A model generated the notes under the pieces. The model ran no database searches, was not told the DNA's origin, and saw only the letters and a program-made list of their open reading frames with translations. Shown here one piece after another: positions 30,657 to 40,302 of a stretch of 64,000 nucleotides of DNA. The stretch comes from Deltaproteobacteria bacterium. GTDB lineage: Bacteria > Myxococcota_A > UBA9160 > UBA6930. A program made the translations under genes and the position numbers. The stretch covers positions 23,965-87,964 of the forward strand of contig JAJDAQ010000061.1 of NCBI GenBank assembly GCA_029261815.1, written 5' to 3'. How positions within the stretch are numbered: position 1 is the first letter of the stretch; the number at the start of each line of letters is the position of its first letter.

Positions 30657-31858
30657 CAAGCCGCCTCCAGGCCGCCGCGGGGCAGCGCATAGCCTCGGTC
30701 GTCCACGAATGTTTGTGTGCGTTCCAGCATGTCCCCAGCGAAGAACTCGGGCCGTCCCAGGTGCCGCGGATAGACAGGGAGCCGCTCGACAAGCCTTTGG
30801 CCCGCGGCCTCGGTGCGGTCGCGAAGGTCCCGCAGCGTCGGCCAGGGCGCCTCGGGGTTGATGAAGTCGAGGGTCACCGGCGAGACACCGCCCCAGTCGC
30901 CAACTCCGGCATGCAACAACTCTTCGAGGAGACCGGGCGCCAGGTTCGGCGGCGCCTGCAATTGGATGCGATGGCCTAGCACCAACCGGGACAGCGCGAT
31001 CCAACCGGCCACTTCGCTGTCAGGCAGCGCCGCGGCCCAACGCATTCGCGTCCCCGGCTTTGGGTGGAAGGGCTGGATGATGGCCTCCTGGATGTGATCG
31101 AACCGGTCATCCAGGTCGCGAATGGCATAGAGCGTATCGACCCGGTCAGCCTCGTCCTCGCCGATTCCGATGAGCATCCCGGTCGTGAACGGAATCTTGA
31201 GCTCGCCCGCTTCTTCGTGCATCCGCAGGCGCACCTTCGGATCCTTGTCCGGGGCGTACTGGTGGGCCTGTCCCTTGCCGCGCAGTTTCGGGCTCGTGCT
31301 CTCGAGCATGAGTCCCATCGATGCGTTGACGGGCTTCAGTGCCTCCATCTCGGGGACCGTGAGGATTCCGGCGTTGGTATGCGGGAGCAGGCCACCCGCG
31401 ACACCGACCTTGCAGCCTTCGACCAGGTACTCGGCCGTGCTGCGGAAGCCTTCGCCGGTCAGCCATTCCTTGTAGGCGCGGTAGGCAATCTCGGGCTTGT
31501 CGCCCAGGCAGAAGAGAGCCTCGATGCACCCGGTGCGGTCACCGCCTGAGATGAGTTCTGCCACTTCATCCAGCGTGTAGGTCTTCGCTTCGGCCGAGTC
31601 GGGTTGCTTGGCGAACGTGCAGTAGGAACAGCGATCTCGGCACAGGTTGGTCAGCGGAACGAAGACGTTTCGCGAAACCGTCACCACGTCACCGCAGGCG
31701 ATCCGCTTGCTCTCGGCCGCGGCGGCCATGACCGCGGCCCGGATCGATGCGTCTCCCAAGCGCGTGGCAAGCCACTCGGCGTCGGCGCGGTCGAGCCGGC
31801 CGGCCTCGGGGGCGTCGCGTAGAGCGCGCTCAGCGTGGGAGAGGTCGTGGGTAGTCAC
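30656..31858 (-). CDS. cofG: FO synthase subunit CofG
   Basis: FVPLTNLCRDRCSYC, EALFCLG, PHTNAG, SMGLMLE, GGVSP..DFINPE. Confidence 0.93.
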   Translation of the reverse strand: MTTHDLSHAERALRDAPEAGRLDRADAEWLATRLGDASIRAAVMAAAAESKRIACGDVVTVSRNVFVPLTNLCRDRCSYCTFAKQPDSAEAKTYTLDEVAELISGGDRTGCIEALFCLGDKPEIAYRAYKEWLTGEGFRSTAEYLVEGCKVGVAGGLLPHTNAGILTVPEMEALKPVNASMGLMLESTSPKLRGKGQAHQYAPDKDPKVRLRMHEEAGELKIPFTTGMLIGIGEDEADRVDTLYAIRDLDDRFDHIQEAIIQPFHPKPGTRMRWAAALPDSEVAGWIALSRLVLGHRIQLQAPPNLAPGLLEELLHAGVGDWGGVSPVTLDFINPEAPWPTLRDLRDRTEAAGQRLVERLPVYPRHLGRPEFFAGDMLERTQTFVDDRGYALPRGGLEAA

Positions 31859-31892
31859 GGGAGGGGGCCTCGGGGCGCGAGGTGGGAAAAGC

Positions 31893-32897
31893 CTACTCCA
31901 GCCAGGAGGGGCTGGGCAGTCCCTTCTCCTTCAAGAACGCCGGGTTCCAGAGCTTTGCCATGTAGCGGTTGCCCCAGTCGCACAGGACCGTGACCACCGT
32001 ATGGCCCGGTCCCAGCTCCTTTGCGAGGCGCACGGCACCGGCAACATTGATTCCCGAGGAGCCGCCCAGGCACAGCCCCTCTTCCTTCATCAGGTCGAAG
32101 ACGTAGGGCAAGGCCTCGGTGTCGGGGATCGCGAAAGCATCGTCGAACAGCCCACCCTCGATATTTCCGGTCACGCGTCCCTGGCCGATGCCCTCGGTGA
32201 TCGAGCCGCCCTCGGTCCGCTTCAGCTCGCCGTCCCGGATCCAGTGGTACATGCAGGCGCCGAGCGGGTCAGCGGCGGCGACCCGAATCCCCGGGTTCTT
32301 CGACTTCAGGAACTCGGAAACACCCGACAGCGTGCCGCCAGTCCCGATCGCGCAGCTGAAACCATCGACCTTTCCTGCAGTCTCTTCCCAGATCTCGGGG
32401 CCCGTCGAGCGAACGTGGGCGTTGCGATTGGACAGGTTGTCCCACTGATTGGCATAGAGGACGCCATTCGGCTCGCTCTTGGCCAATTCCTTCGCATAAC
32501 GTTCCGCTTGCTTCACATAGTGGTTGTCATCCGCCAGCGGGACAGCAGGGACCGCGCGGAGTTCGGCACCGAGCAGGCGCAGCATGTCCTTTTTTTCCTG
32601 GGACTGGGTGTCGGGCATGAAGATGACGGTCTTGTAGCCGCGCGCGTTCGCAACGCACGCGAGGCCGATCCCCGTGTTGCCGGCGGTTCCTTCGACGATC
32701 GTTCCCCCTGGTTTCAAATCTCCCCGCTCTTCCGCGTCGAGAATCATGTAGAGCGCCGCTCGGTCCTTGACGGAGCCGCCAGGGTTCAAGAACTCGGCCT
32801 TGCCCAGGATCTCGCAGCCCGTCATTTCGGACGCCTTTCGCAGCCTGATCAGCGGGGTATTGCCGACGGTTTCGGCGAAGCCTTCGCGTATGGTCAT
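31893..32897 (-). CDS. cysK: Cysteine synthase
   Basis: NPGGSVKDR, EGTAGNTG, GTGGT, EGIG. Confidence 0.9.
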   Translation of the reverse strand: MTIREGFAETVGNTPLIRLRKASEMTGCEILGKAEFLNPGGSVKDRAALYMILDAEERGDLKPGGTIVEGTAGNTGIGLACVANARGYKTVIFMPDTQSQEKKDMLRLLGAELRAVPAVPLADDNHYVKQAERYAKELAKSEPNGVLYANQWDNLSNRNAHVRSTGPEIWEETAGKVDGFSCAIGTGGTLSGVSEFLKSKNPGIRVAAADPLGACMYHWIRDGELKRTEGGSITEGIGQGRVTGNIEGGLFDDAFAIPDTEALPYVFDLMKEEGLCLGGSSGINVAGAVRLAKELGPGHTVVTVLCDWGNRYMAKLWNPAFLKEKGLPSPSWLE

Positions 32898-33496
32898 CGA
32901 TTCTCCTCTGCGACGCTGTCCGCCGCACGCTCCAGAAGCGCTCGGCCGTGCGGATCGAGCGGGAGCCCAACCGCGAGGTCGATCGCCTCGGCACTCATCT
33001 TCTTCATGCTCTTTCTCAGGACGTCGACCGTGTGATCTTCGTCGAGTTGTTCCGCAACGCCTTCGAGTTGTGTCTCGAGGAACACGAGGCAAAGGGCATC
33101 CTCGAATGCCTGCGCCTCGGCGTCGCGGCCGAGGCCTCGCTTCATCACCAGGTCCCGAACCCGTACGATCTCGTCTTCGGGCCACGCCTGCTGCGCAAGG
33201 ATCTCACCGACCGTGTCCGCATGGACCTTCTGCAGCGCTTTCCGCCAGACCAGGTAGCCCTTTCGCCCCGCCGGATGGTCCGCCCGCGGAATCGTCCAGC
33301 GCTTGATGTGGTGCGCGCGGGCCGCGACGAGCAGGGCGTCCGAAGGTTCAGCCACGAGCCGCGGGATCCAGGCGGTCGCCATCTCTGCGTGCGCCTGTTC
33401 CTTGGGACGTCTCTCGCCGCGCACGAAGAGCGTGTGCGGATCTTCCGCGTTCACGGCATCGATCGCCGCGTGCGCGCGGGCAACTCGGTCGCCCAT
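32894..33496 (-). CDS. DUF4202-like protein
   Basis: IDAVNAEDP, AARAHHIKRW, GYLVWR, EDALCLVFL, MKKMS. Confidence 0.8.
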   Translation of the reverse strand: MGDRVARAHAAIDAVNAEDPHTLFVRGERRPKEQAHAEMATAWIPRLVAEPSDALLVAARAHHIKRWTIPRADHPAGRKGYLVWRKALQKVHADTVGEILAQQAWPEDEIVRVRDLVMKRGLGRDAEAQAFEDALCLVFLETQLEGVAEQLDEDHTVDVLRKSMKKMSAEAIDLAVGLPLDPHGRALLERAADSVAEENR

Positions 33497-33497
33497 C

Positions 33498-34409
33498 TCA
33501 GTAGCGCGGAAGGCTCGGGTCGATGCGGTCGATCCAGGCGAGGATGCCGCCGCGCAGATTCCAGGCGTTCTCGAACCCGGCCTTGCGAAGATCCTTTACC
33601 GCCTGCGCACCGCGGCCACCGGCCTTGCAGTGAACGACGATGTGCGAGGACGCGTCGAGCTCGCCGCGCGCCTCGCCCAAGGTCCCCAACGGAATCAGAT
33701 CGCCGCCCAGGTTCACCGTGTCGAACTCACCTTGCTCGCGCACGTCGATCAGCCGGACGTCCTTTCCCGAATCGCGCATCTCCTTCAGCTCTTCGGCCGT
33801 GATGTCCCATTCGCTCTGCGGCGCCGCGTACGGAATCCGTAGCTTCGCCACCGCCGGAAGCTTGGCCATCACCGCTTCAAGATCGGCTGCCGCTGGCAAG
33901 ACCACCGAGAAGGCGACAGGAGCGCGTTCGTCCCCTGCGTTCGCACGCGCCACTGTTGCTCCGGCGCCGAACGCTTCGTCGAGTACCGGCTGGAGTTCGG
34001 CCAGGACGGCATCCGCACCATCGGCCGTGTTCGCCGAGCGCAGCCGGTCTGCAACGATGATGTCGAAACGAGCGAGATCAAAGTCCAACTCAAGCGTTCC
34101 GTCATCGGTGATTGCACGAACGGCGCCGAGCGCGATGCGCAACGTGTCGCGAAGTTGATCGGCGGCAGATACGTCGCCTTGCCGCTTTCGCGTTGTCGTG
34201 AGGCCCTCGTCGTTGAGGCTGTAGTCGACATCGTGGCCCACCAGGAGCACACCCGGGCCGTTCGGCACGTGGAGATAGTCCGCCACGTCGATCAGCAGGC
34301 CCTCGAGGAGCGCCTGCTGCATGCAGCGATGAAAGACGGGGATTGCGCCGGCGAGGTCACCGGAGGCGTTCGTAGCGGGAATCTTGACAGCAAGTCGAAT
34401 CGGATTCAT
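33498..34409 (-). CDS. Unknown N-terminal domain fused to MoeZ-type rhodanese
   Basis: IDVREQGE, HCKAGGR, LRGGILAW..IDPSLPRY; N-terminal DVADYLHV..GPG..GH. Confidence 0.8.
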   Translation of the reverse strand: MNPIRLAVKIPATNASGDLAGAIPVFHRCMQQALLEGLLIDVADYLHVPNGPGVLLVGHDVDYSLNDEGLTTTRKRQGDVSAADQLRDTLRIALGAVRAITDDGTLELDFDLARFDIIVADRLRSANTADGADAVLAELQPVLDEAFGAGATVARANAGDERAPVAFSVVLPAAADLEAVMAKLPAVAKLRIPYAAPQSEWDITAEELKEMRDSGKDVRLIDVREQGEFDTVNLGGDLIPLGTLGEARGELDASSHIVVHCKAGGRGAQAVKDLRKAGFENAWNLRGGILAWIDRIDPSLPRY

Positions 34410-34416
34410 GGGAGCC

Positions 34417-36681
34417 TCAGGCACCAGGGGCCGTGGGAACTTCGAGCGCAGCCTGCTCCGCCGCGATCCGGGCTTCGCAGCCGTGTGCGGCTTCGATGAA
34501 GAGCTGCGCTTCTTCCACGCGGCGCGAAGCGGCGTCGCGCTCGCCCGAAGGCGCTACCTCAGCGAAGCGTTCGAGCAGGTACTGACCGAACTTGCCCTTC
34601 GCGAAGCGATCGAAGAAACGCTCGTTGTCGAAGAATCGGGTCTTCCATTCGGTCACGATGTCCTCGGGATCCTCGGTGACATCGATGTGTTCGAGCCGTA
34701 CCAACGCCCGCGCCGCCGAAAGCATCGATCGATATGCCTGATCCTCAGCACTCTCGAAGTCGCCCTCTTCCAGGGAGCACTGTGCATCGAAGACCTGTGA
34801 CTCGGCCTTCATCACCTCGATCCCGAACAGGCTCACGACTTCACCGGCACACTCGCCGATTCCGAGGTCACCAATGGTGAACTCGCGCGCGTCGCCCCAG
34901 TCTGCATAGAACGACGGGTCCTGATCGTAGGCCGGGACCTTCATGAAGGGCTGGATGATGCCGCGTACGTTGCGCTTCCCGAGACGACCGATCCACTGCT
35001 GGAACGTCTCGCCCTTCTCGCGGCCCTGCACATAACCATCGGTCAGAGCATCGACCACATCGGGCGCGGCCTTGCTCGGGACCGACCCCATCGCCATGCC
35101 GTACTGTGCAGCATTGTCATGCGACTGGCCGCCCAGGATCACCTGGAAGTGCGGAACGCGACGGCCGTCGATGCCGCGTGAGTTTCCGTAGAACCCGATG
35201 TCGGCGATGTGGTGCTGCCCACAACTGTTGAAGCAGCCCGAAATCTTGATCCGCATGTTCTTGACGGCCGTGTCGAGCGAGGCGGACTTCGTTGCAAGGC
35301 GCGTGCGGAGTTCGCCCGCGAGCCCGCGGCTGGCAGCGATGCCGAGCTTGCAGGTATCCGTGCCCGGGCACGAGGTCACGTCGACGATGGTGCCGGCGCC
35401 AGGAATCGCGAGACCCACGGCATCCAGCGCCGAGAACAAGGCCGGGAGATCCGCCTCCGAAACGAAGCGCAGCAGCATGTTCTGCTCGACGCTGGTGCGA
35501 ATGTTGTCGCCAACGAATTCGCGCGCGATGTCCGACAGTGCACGCGCCTGAGCCGACGTGAGGTCGCCGAGCGGCAGGTTGATCGTGACGACCGAATAGC
35601 CTTCCTGCGCCTGGGCTCGAACGTTGGTCTCGAACCACTCGTCGAAGCCCTGCGGCTTCGCACCACCGTTCAGTCGCTCCGGCGGACGCGTTGCCGGACC
35701 GCCGGTCACTGCGAGATCATCGAGAAAGGCCGTGTGCCTCGGGTCGGGCGGCACCGTCTTGATTTCTTCGACCACGAGACGCTTGAACTCTTCGATCCCG
35801 AGTTCGGCGATCAGGAACTTGATGCGAGCGCGATTCCGATTCTTCTTCTCGCCGAGACGCGCAAAGACGCGAGCCACCGCCTGGATCTCGACCAGGAACT
35901 CTTCGACCGGCGTGAATTCGGAGAGCACGTGCGCCTGGTGGGGGACTGCGCCGAGTCCACCGCCAACGACGACCTTGAAGCCCCGGCGACCGTCCTTCAC
36001 GCGAGCGATGAAGCCGGCGTCGTGAAGCTGGACCAGTCCGCAGGCTTCCTGCTCGCAGCCCGAGAATGCGGGCTTGAACTTCCGTCCAAAGTCCTGCACG
36101 TCGGGGTGGCCCAGCAGGAACGTCATCAACGCCTGTGCGTAAGGCGAAACGTCGAAGCCTTCCGTGTTGCAGACGCCAGCGAGCGGGCACGCCGTGACGT
36201 TCCGGACCGAGTTGCCGCAGGCTTCGCGGGTGGTGATCCCGACAGCGGCCAACCGGCGCATCAGGTCCGGTGTGTCTTCGATGTGGACGTAGTGGAACTG
36301 ATAGTCCTGCCGCGTAGTGACGTGCAGAATCTCGTCCGAGTACTCCTCCGCCACGTCGGCCATGACGTCGAGTTGCTCCGGAGAGACGCCGCCGTAGGGC
36401 ACCTTGATCCGCACCATTCCGGGTGCGTCCCACACGGTCTCGGGCCCCTTCGTCGGGACATCGGCGAATGGCAGTTCGCGTGTCGCGAAGCCGTCATAGC
36501 GCTGGCCATTGTCGTAGCGCTGGCCGTAGACACCACGTCGTAGCCGGGTCTCGGCGAACGCCTTGTCGCTGAGCTTGCCCTGTTTGCGCAGCTCCACCTG
36601 GGCCTCGAACTGATCGATCTCTTCGACCCAGTCGGGATCCGTGGTGGAACTGAGCGTGTCCTTCCAGGTGGTTGCGGACAT
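34417..36681 (-). CDS. Siroheme nitrite/sulfite reductase with C-terminal extension
   Basis: GVYGQR, TTRQD, RKFK, CPGTDTC, SGCFNSC. Confidence 0.92.
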   Translation of the reverse strand: MSATTWKDTLSSTTDPDWVEEIDQFEAQVELRKQGKLSDKAFAETRLRRGVYGQRYDNGQRYDGFATRELPFADVPTKGPETVWDAPGMVRIKVPYGGVSPEQLDVMADVAEEYSDEILHVTTRQDYQFHYVHIEDTPDLMRRLAAVGITTREACGNSVRNVTACPLAGVCNTEGFDVSPYAQALMTFLLGHPDVQDFGRKFKPAFSGCEQEACGLVQLHDAGFIARVKDGRRGFKVVVGGGLGAVPHQAHVLSEFTPVEEFLVEIQAVARVFARLGEKKNRNRARIKFLIAELGIEEFKRLVVEEIKTVPPDPRHTAFLDDLAVTGGPATRPPERLNGGAKPQGFDEWFETNVRAQAQEGYSVVTINLPLGDLTSAQARALSDIAREFVGDNIRTSVEQNMLLRFVSEADLPALFSALDAVGLAIPGAGTIVDVTSCPGTDTCKLGIAASRGLAGELRTRLATKSASLDTAVKNMRIKISGCFNSCGQHHIADIGFYGNSRGIDGRRVPHFQVILGGQSHDNAAQYGMAMGSVPSKAAPDVVDALTDGYVQGREKGETFQQWIGRLGKRNVRGIIQPFMKVPAYDQDPSFYADWGDAREFTIGDLGIGECAGEVVSLFGIEVMKAESQVFDAQCSLEEGDFESAEDQAYRSMLSAARALVRLEHIDVTEDPEDIVTEWKTRFFDNERFFDRFAKGKFGQYLLERFAEVAPSGERDAASRRVEEAQLFIEAAHGCEARIAAEQAALEVPTAPGA

Positions 36682-36841
36682 CGAAAACCTCATCGCTTGG
36701 CGATCGCGGATGCGAACGGGTCGGGCGCAGACAGGAAATTGGGGGAGATCGCGTCAGCCGGGCGCGGCGGGGACGCGAGAGCGGCGGATCATAGCAATGG
36801 CCCCTTGAGATGCCGACTCCAAGGGTGCGGATTCGTTGAGG

Positions 36842-36867
36842 TATTTCCTACCAATGCGGTGTGGATT
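36842..36867 (-). promoter_or_regulatory. Candidate Rrf2/CymR-like operator
   Basis: AATCCACACCGCATTGGTAGGAAATA, AT-rich, upstream of the sulfur genes. Confidence 0.35.
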
Positions 36868-36978
36868 TTCCCCACGGGGCATCTCGTGGGATTTCCTTGA
36901 GGTTCCGCCGCTGTGCACCAAGAAGCATCAAGCCTGCGTACCCAAAAGCCGATGAACTGCAGGGGGAGAAGGACCCAC

Positions 36979-38568
36979 ATGTCCCGAGGGATCTGGAGAA
37001 CTCTGCGACCGCGCGGGATGGCATTCCGTGTGGGCATTCTGGTGTTGGCGAGCACGCTCGCCACGTCGGCCGCGATCTCCTGGGTCAGTGTCGGCTCACT
37101 CGAAGGATTCCTTCGCAGCCGGATCGACCAGAACTTCCCCGAGTTGCTCGAGTCGTCGCACGGCCGCCTCGACCTCTGGTATCGGCAACGTGTCCTCGAC
37201 TTCGAAGTCTTCTCGCGGAGTGAGATCGTCAGCGCCGCGCAGCACAGTCGCCCGAACTCTGTTTCCGAAGTCACTCGCTACCTCGAGTTCCTGTTGGCGA
37301 GCTTCCCGCAGTATGAAGGCCTCCTCATCACGGGGGCTGACAACGAAACCTGGATTTCTGTCGGCGCACACCCCGAACTTCCGGGTTCCGTCGTCGCGGA
37401 ACTCGCCCGCGTCGACGGACCGACGGTCACCGGCCTCCATGATTTCGGCGGGAGCCGCAAGCAGGTGGTTGCTGTTCCGCTCGATGAGGGGCCGCACAAA
37501 CACTTGCTCGTGGGCATTGTCCCGCTCGCGGCTCTGGCTGAACCGATCCTTGCGCCGGATCTATTCGACTCGATGGTCGGCATGATCGATGCGTCGGGGG
37601 CCCTCGTCGCCGGCGAAATTCCGGTGCGAAGCCTTGCGGGCGTTCCACTCACTGACGGCGTTCAGGTACTCGACGATGGCACCGGCGGGCAGTTCGTGAT
37701 CGCGGCGCGACCGCTTGGCCGGTTCAACTGGCAGCTAGTCGTGTCCCAGGATTACGGGACAGCATTTGCTCCCGTCCAGGAAACCGTCGATCGCACCCTC
37801 GTCACCAATCTCTTCCTCGGACTGATCTCGAGTCTGCTGGTTCTCGGCCTCGTCGCTTGGCGCATGCAGCCGATCATCCGACTGGTAGAGGGCGCCAAGC
37901 GCATCGCTGACGGTGATGACGACGTCCGCGTTTCCGAGATGGGCACGTTCGACGAAGTGGGCCAGCTGGCGCGGGCATTCAATGAAATGTCCGAGCGCCT
38001 CGCTGGTAACCGCCGTGAGTTGGAGACCCGGAACCAGGAATTGATCTCGGCCAACGAGGTGCTGGAACAGCTTTCGATCACGGACGGCCTGACCAAGCTG
38101 CATAACCATCGTCACTTCCAGGATCAGTTTGCCAAGGAAGCCAAGCGCACCGAACGCAACGGCGACCCGATGTGCTTGATCCTGATCGACATCGACGACT
38201 TCAAGAAGCTGAACGACCGGCTCGGCCATTCCGCCGGAGACCGCGTTCTCGAAGGCGTGGCGCAGGTAATGAACTCGCTCACCCGCGAGACCGACTACCT
38301 CGCTCGTTATGGCGGCGAAGAGTTCGCCATGATCCTGCCCAAGACCGACCTGGAAGGCGCGATCTCGCTGGCCGAGAAGATGCGCCTTGGCATCTCGCGG
38401 CTGGAAGTCCCGGTCACCGGCGGCGACGGCTGGGTCCAGGTCACGGCATCCTTCGGCGTGAGTCGCTATCGCGAGTCGACGTTCGTGACTTTCGAGGCTG
38501 CGGACAAGGCGCTCTACGAAGCCAAGGGTTCCGGCAAGGACTGCGTCATTCCCGCCGGCGAGGACTGA
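36979..38568 (+). CDS. Membrane diguanylate cyclase (periplasmic sensor-HAMP-GGDEF)
   Basis: Two TMs, DEVGQLARAFNEM, DIDDFK, RETD I-site, GGEEF. Confidence 0.93.
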   Translation: MSRGIWRTLRPRGMAFRVGILVLASTLATSAAISWVSVGSLEGFLRSRIDQNFPELLESSHGRLDLWYRQRVLDFEVFSRSEIVSAAQHSRPNSVSEVTRYLEFLLASFPQYEGLLITGADNETWISVGAHPELPGSVVAELARVDGPTVTGLHDFGGSRKQVVAVPLDEGPHKHLLVGIVPLAALAEPILAPDLFDSMVGMIDASGALVAGEIPVRSLAGVPLTDGVQVLDDGTGGQFVIAARPLGRFNWQLVVSQDYGTAFAPVQETVDRTLVTNLFLGLISSLLVLGLVAWRMQPIIRLVEGAKRIADGDDDVRVSEMGTFDEVGQLARAFNEMSERLAGNRRELETRNQELISANEVLEQLSITDGLTKLHNHRHFQDQFAKEAKRTERNGDPMCLILIDIDDFKKLNDRLGHSAGDRVLEGVAQVMNSLTRETDYLARYGGEEFAMILPKTDLEGAISLAEKMRLGISRLEVPVTGGDGWVQVTASFGVSRYRESTFVTFEAADKALYEAKGSGKDCVIPAGED

Positions 38569-38611
38569 GCGCCACGACACCGTCGGGACAGACCCTCGAC
38601 ATCGGCGCTAC

Positions 38612-39268
38612 CTAACGAAGAAGTGCGGCGTGGACCCAACCGACTTCGCCGCTCGAAGTTCGGATCAAGACCCACTCCTGTTCCTGGAGCTCTGGAAAGA
38701 CCGGAGTGCCTTGCGTCAGCACCGCGAGCACCTTCTCGTTGGTCGAAGGTCCACCGCGGAGGTTCACGCGCCCGGCGCGGATTCGCTTGACGCCGGGCTC
38801 GGACGCAGCGAGCCGCGCCTCTTCCAGGCTTCGCTCGGCGATGCGTTCTGCACGCCAGGCAAAAAAGATGGCGGCGCCAAAGTTGCCTGCCGCGATCTGG
38901 CTTTCGGCCTCGGCCAGCTTGACGTTGGCTTCGTCGATCTGGCCCGATCGCCAGGGAGCCTTGTCGCGCGCACGATCGATCTGGATGTGGGCACCCGCGA
39001 GTGCCGACACGGCGTCCGCGCGAGATCGGTCGCCTCGCAGACCCGACTCGGCCGCGACGAGCGCCTCCTCGGCCGCCACAAGGTCCGCACGGACACGCTC
39101 GAGTTCGCGTTCGAGCATCTTCGAACGCTCTGACTCCGCGCGGTGGTAGACCTTTTCTGCCGGGGCCGGGGCCAGGGCGGCCGGCGGCGGTGGCGGCGTT
39201 TGCGCGCAACCGGCGGCAAACGCCCAAACGACCGAGCCGGAAATCAGCAGATGGCGGGGGAACTTCAT
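38612..39268 (-). CDS. Lipoprotein with coiled coil and C-terminal SH3b domain
   Basis: AAGC lipobox; VNLRGGPST...GWV. Confidence 0.8.
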   Translation of the reverse strand: MKFPRHLLISGSVVWAFAAGCAQTPPPPPAALAPAPAEKVYHRAESERSKMLERELERVRADLVAAEEALVAAESGLRGDRSRADAVSALAGAHIQIDRARDKAPWRSGQIDEANVKLAEAESQIAAGNFGAAIFFAWRAERIAERSLEEARLAASEPGVKRIRAGRVNLRGGPSTNEKVLAVLTQGTPVFPELQEQEWVLIRTSSGEVGWVHAALLR

Positions 39269-39330
39269 TCCGGACGTATCGTCCAGTCCGCAGAAACCCT
39301 TAGGCGCCGCCATGGATGCCGGCCGCCGAG

Positions 39331-40302
39331 CTAGCTGTAGTCGGGCGCTGACTCCCCAGGGGGATACGTTCTCCAGCGACGATGCGTCCAGATCCACTGG
39401 GAGGGCAAGCGCCGGATCTCGTCCTCGATGACGCGATTCATTCGACGCGCGTTCGCGACAATGGCGGCGAGCGGGTTGTCGGCATCTTCGACCAACGGGA
39501 GCACGGGTCGGATCCGGCAGACGTGGTGGATGCCATCGGCCTCGCGTTCGATGAAGACCGGAAGGACCGGAGCACCCGTCTTCTGCGCCAGGCGAACCGG
39601 GGCCACGCGACTCGCAGCCAGTCGCCCGAAGAACGGAACGAAGACGCCCTCGTCCCGGCGGCAGTTCTGGTCGTAGGGCATGGCCAGGAAGCGACCGGTC
39701 CGCAGGGCTCGGAGCGCCCCCCGGGCTGCATTCCCCCTCCGTAGCAGGTCGCTCTCGGCACCACTGCGCGCTTCGGCGGCGAGCGATTCGAGGATCGGAT
39801 TGTCGCGCCCGCGGTGCACGATGCTGAGCGGATAGCCGTGCGCCGTCATCGCGCGGCCCAGCAGCTCCCAGTTTCCAAGATGAGCGGTCAGGACGATCAC
39901 GCCCCGCTGAGCATCGTCTGAGGACCCTTTCGCCGCCTCCAGGTGCTCGACGCCTTCTACGCGAACGCGTTCGCGAAGAGCATCGTCGGACTGCCGGGCC
40001 ATCCACGCGAACTCAGCCACGCAGCGACCGAGGTGCTCGAACGCTTCGCGCAGGACCTGCTCGCGCTTCGCCTCGGTCCACTCGGGAAAGGCAATGCGAA
40101 GGTTCACGCGTGCGTCTCCCACACGCGGTCCACCGGCCCGAACGTATGCGCGCCCGATCGCGGCGCCACGCCGGAGGCCGACCTCAGGGGGGCCCATTCG
40201 CAGTGCAGCGAGAAGCCCCGCTCCCGCCTTGCCTACGATCCGATCCAGCCAGCCGACGTCGGACTCAGCCGCCGGACCGGCGCTCAGATCGCGGCCGCCC
40301 AC
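39331..40302 (-). CDS. Lipid A late acyltransferase (LpxL/HtrB family)
   Basis: AHLGNWE, DQ, VPFFG, QWIWTHRRWR. Confidence 0.9.
   Translation of the reverse strand: MGGRDLSAGPAAESDVGWLDRIVGKAGAGLLAALRMGPPEVGLRRGAAIGRAYVRAGGPRVGDARVNLRIAFPEWTEAKREQVLREAFEHLGRCVAEFAWMARQSDDALRERVRVEGVEHLEAAKGSSDDAQRGVIVLTAHLGNWELLGRAMTAHGYPLSIVHRGRDNPILESLAAEARSGAESDLLRRGNAARGALRALRTGRFLAMPYDQNCRRDEGVFVPFFGRLAASRVAPVRLAQKTGAPVLPVFIEREADGIHHVCRIRPVLPLVEDADNPLAAIVANARRMNRVIEDEIRRLPSQWIWTHRRWRTYPPGESAPDYS

Noticed and set aside
36690-36800. SAM riboswitch upstream of the sulfite reductase
   Set aside because: No ATC..GAG / GCAACC..GTGC..GAT core found
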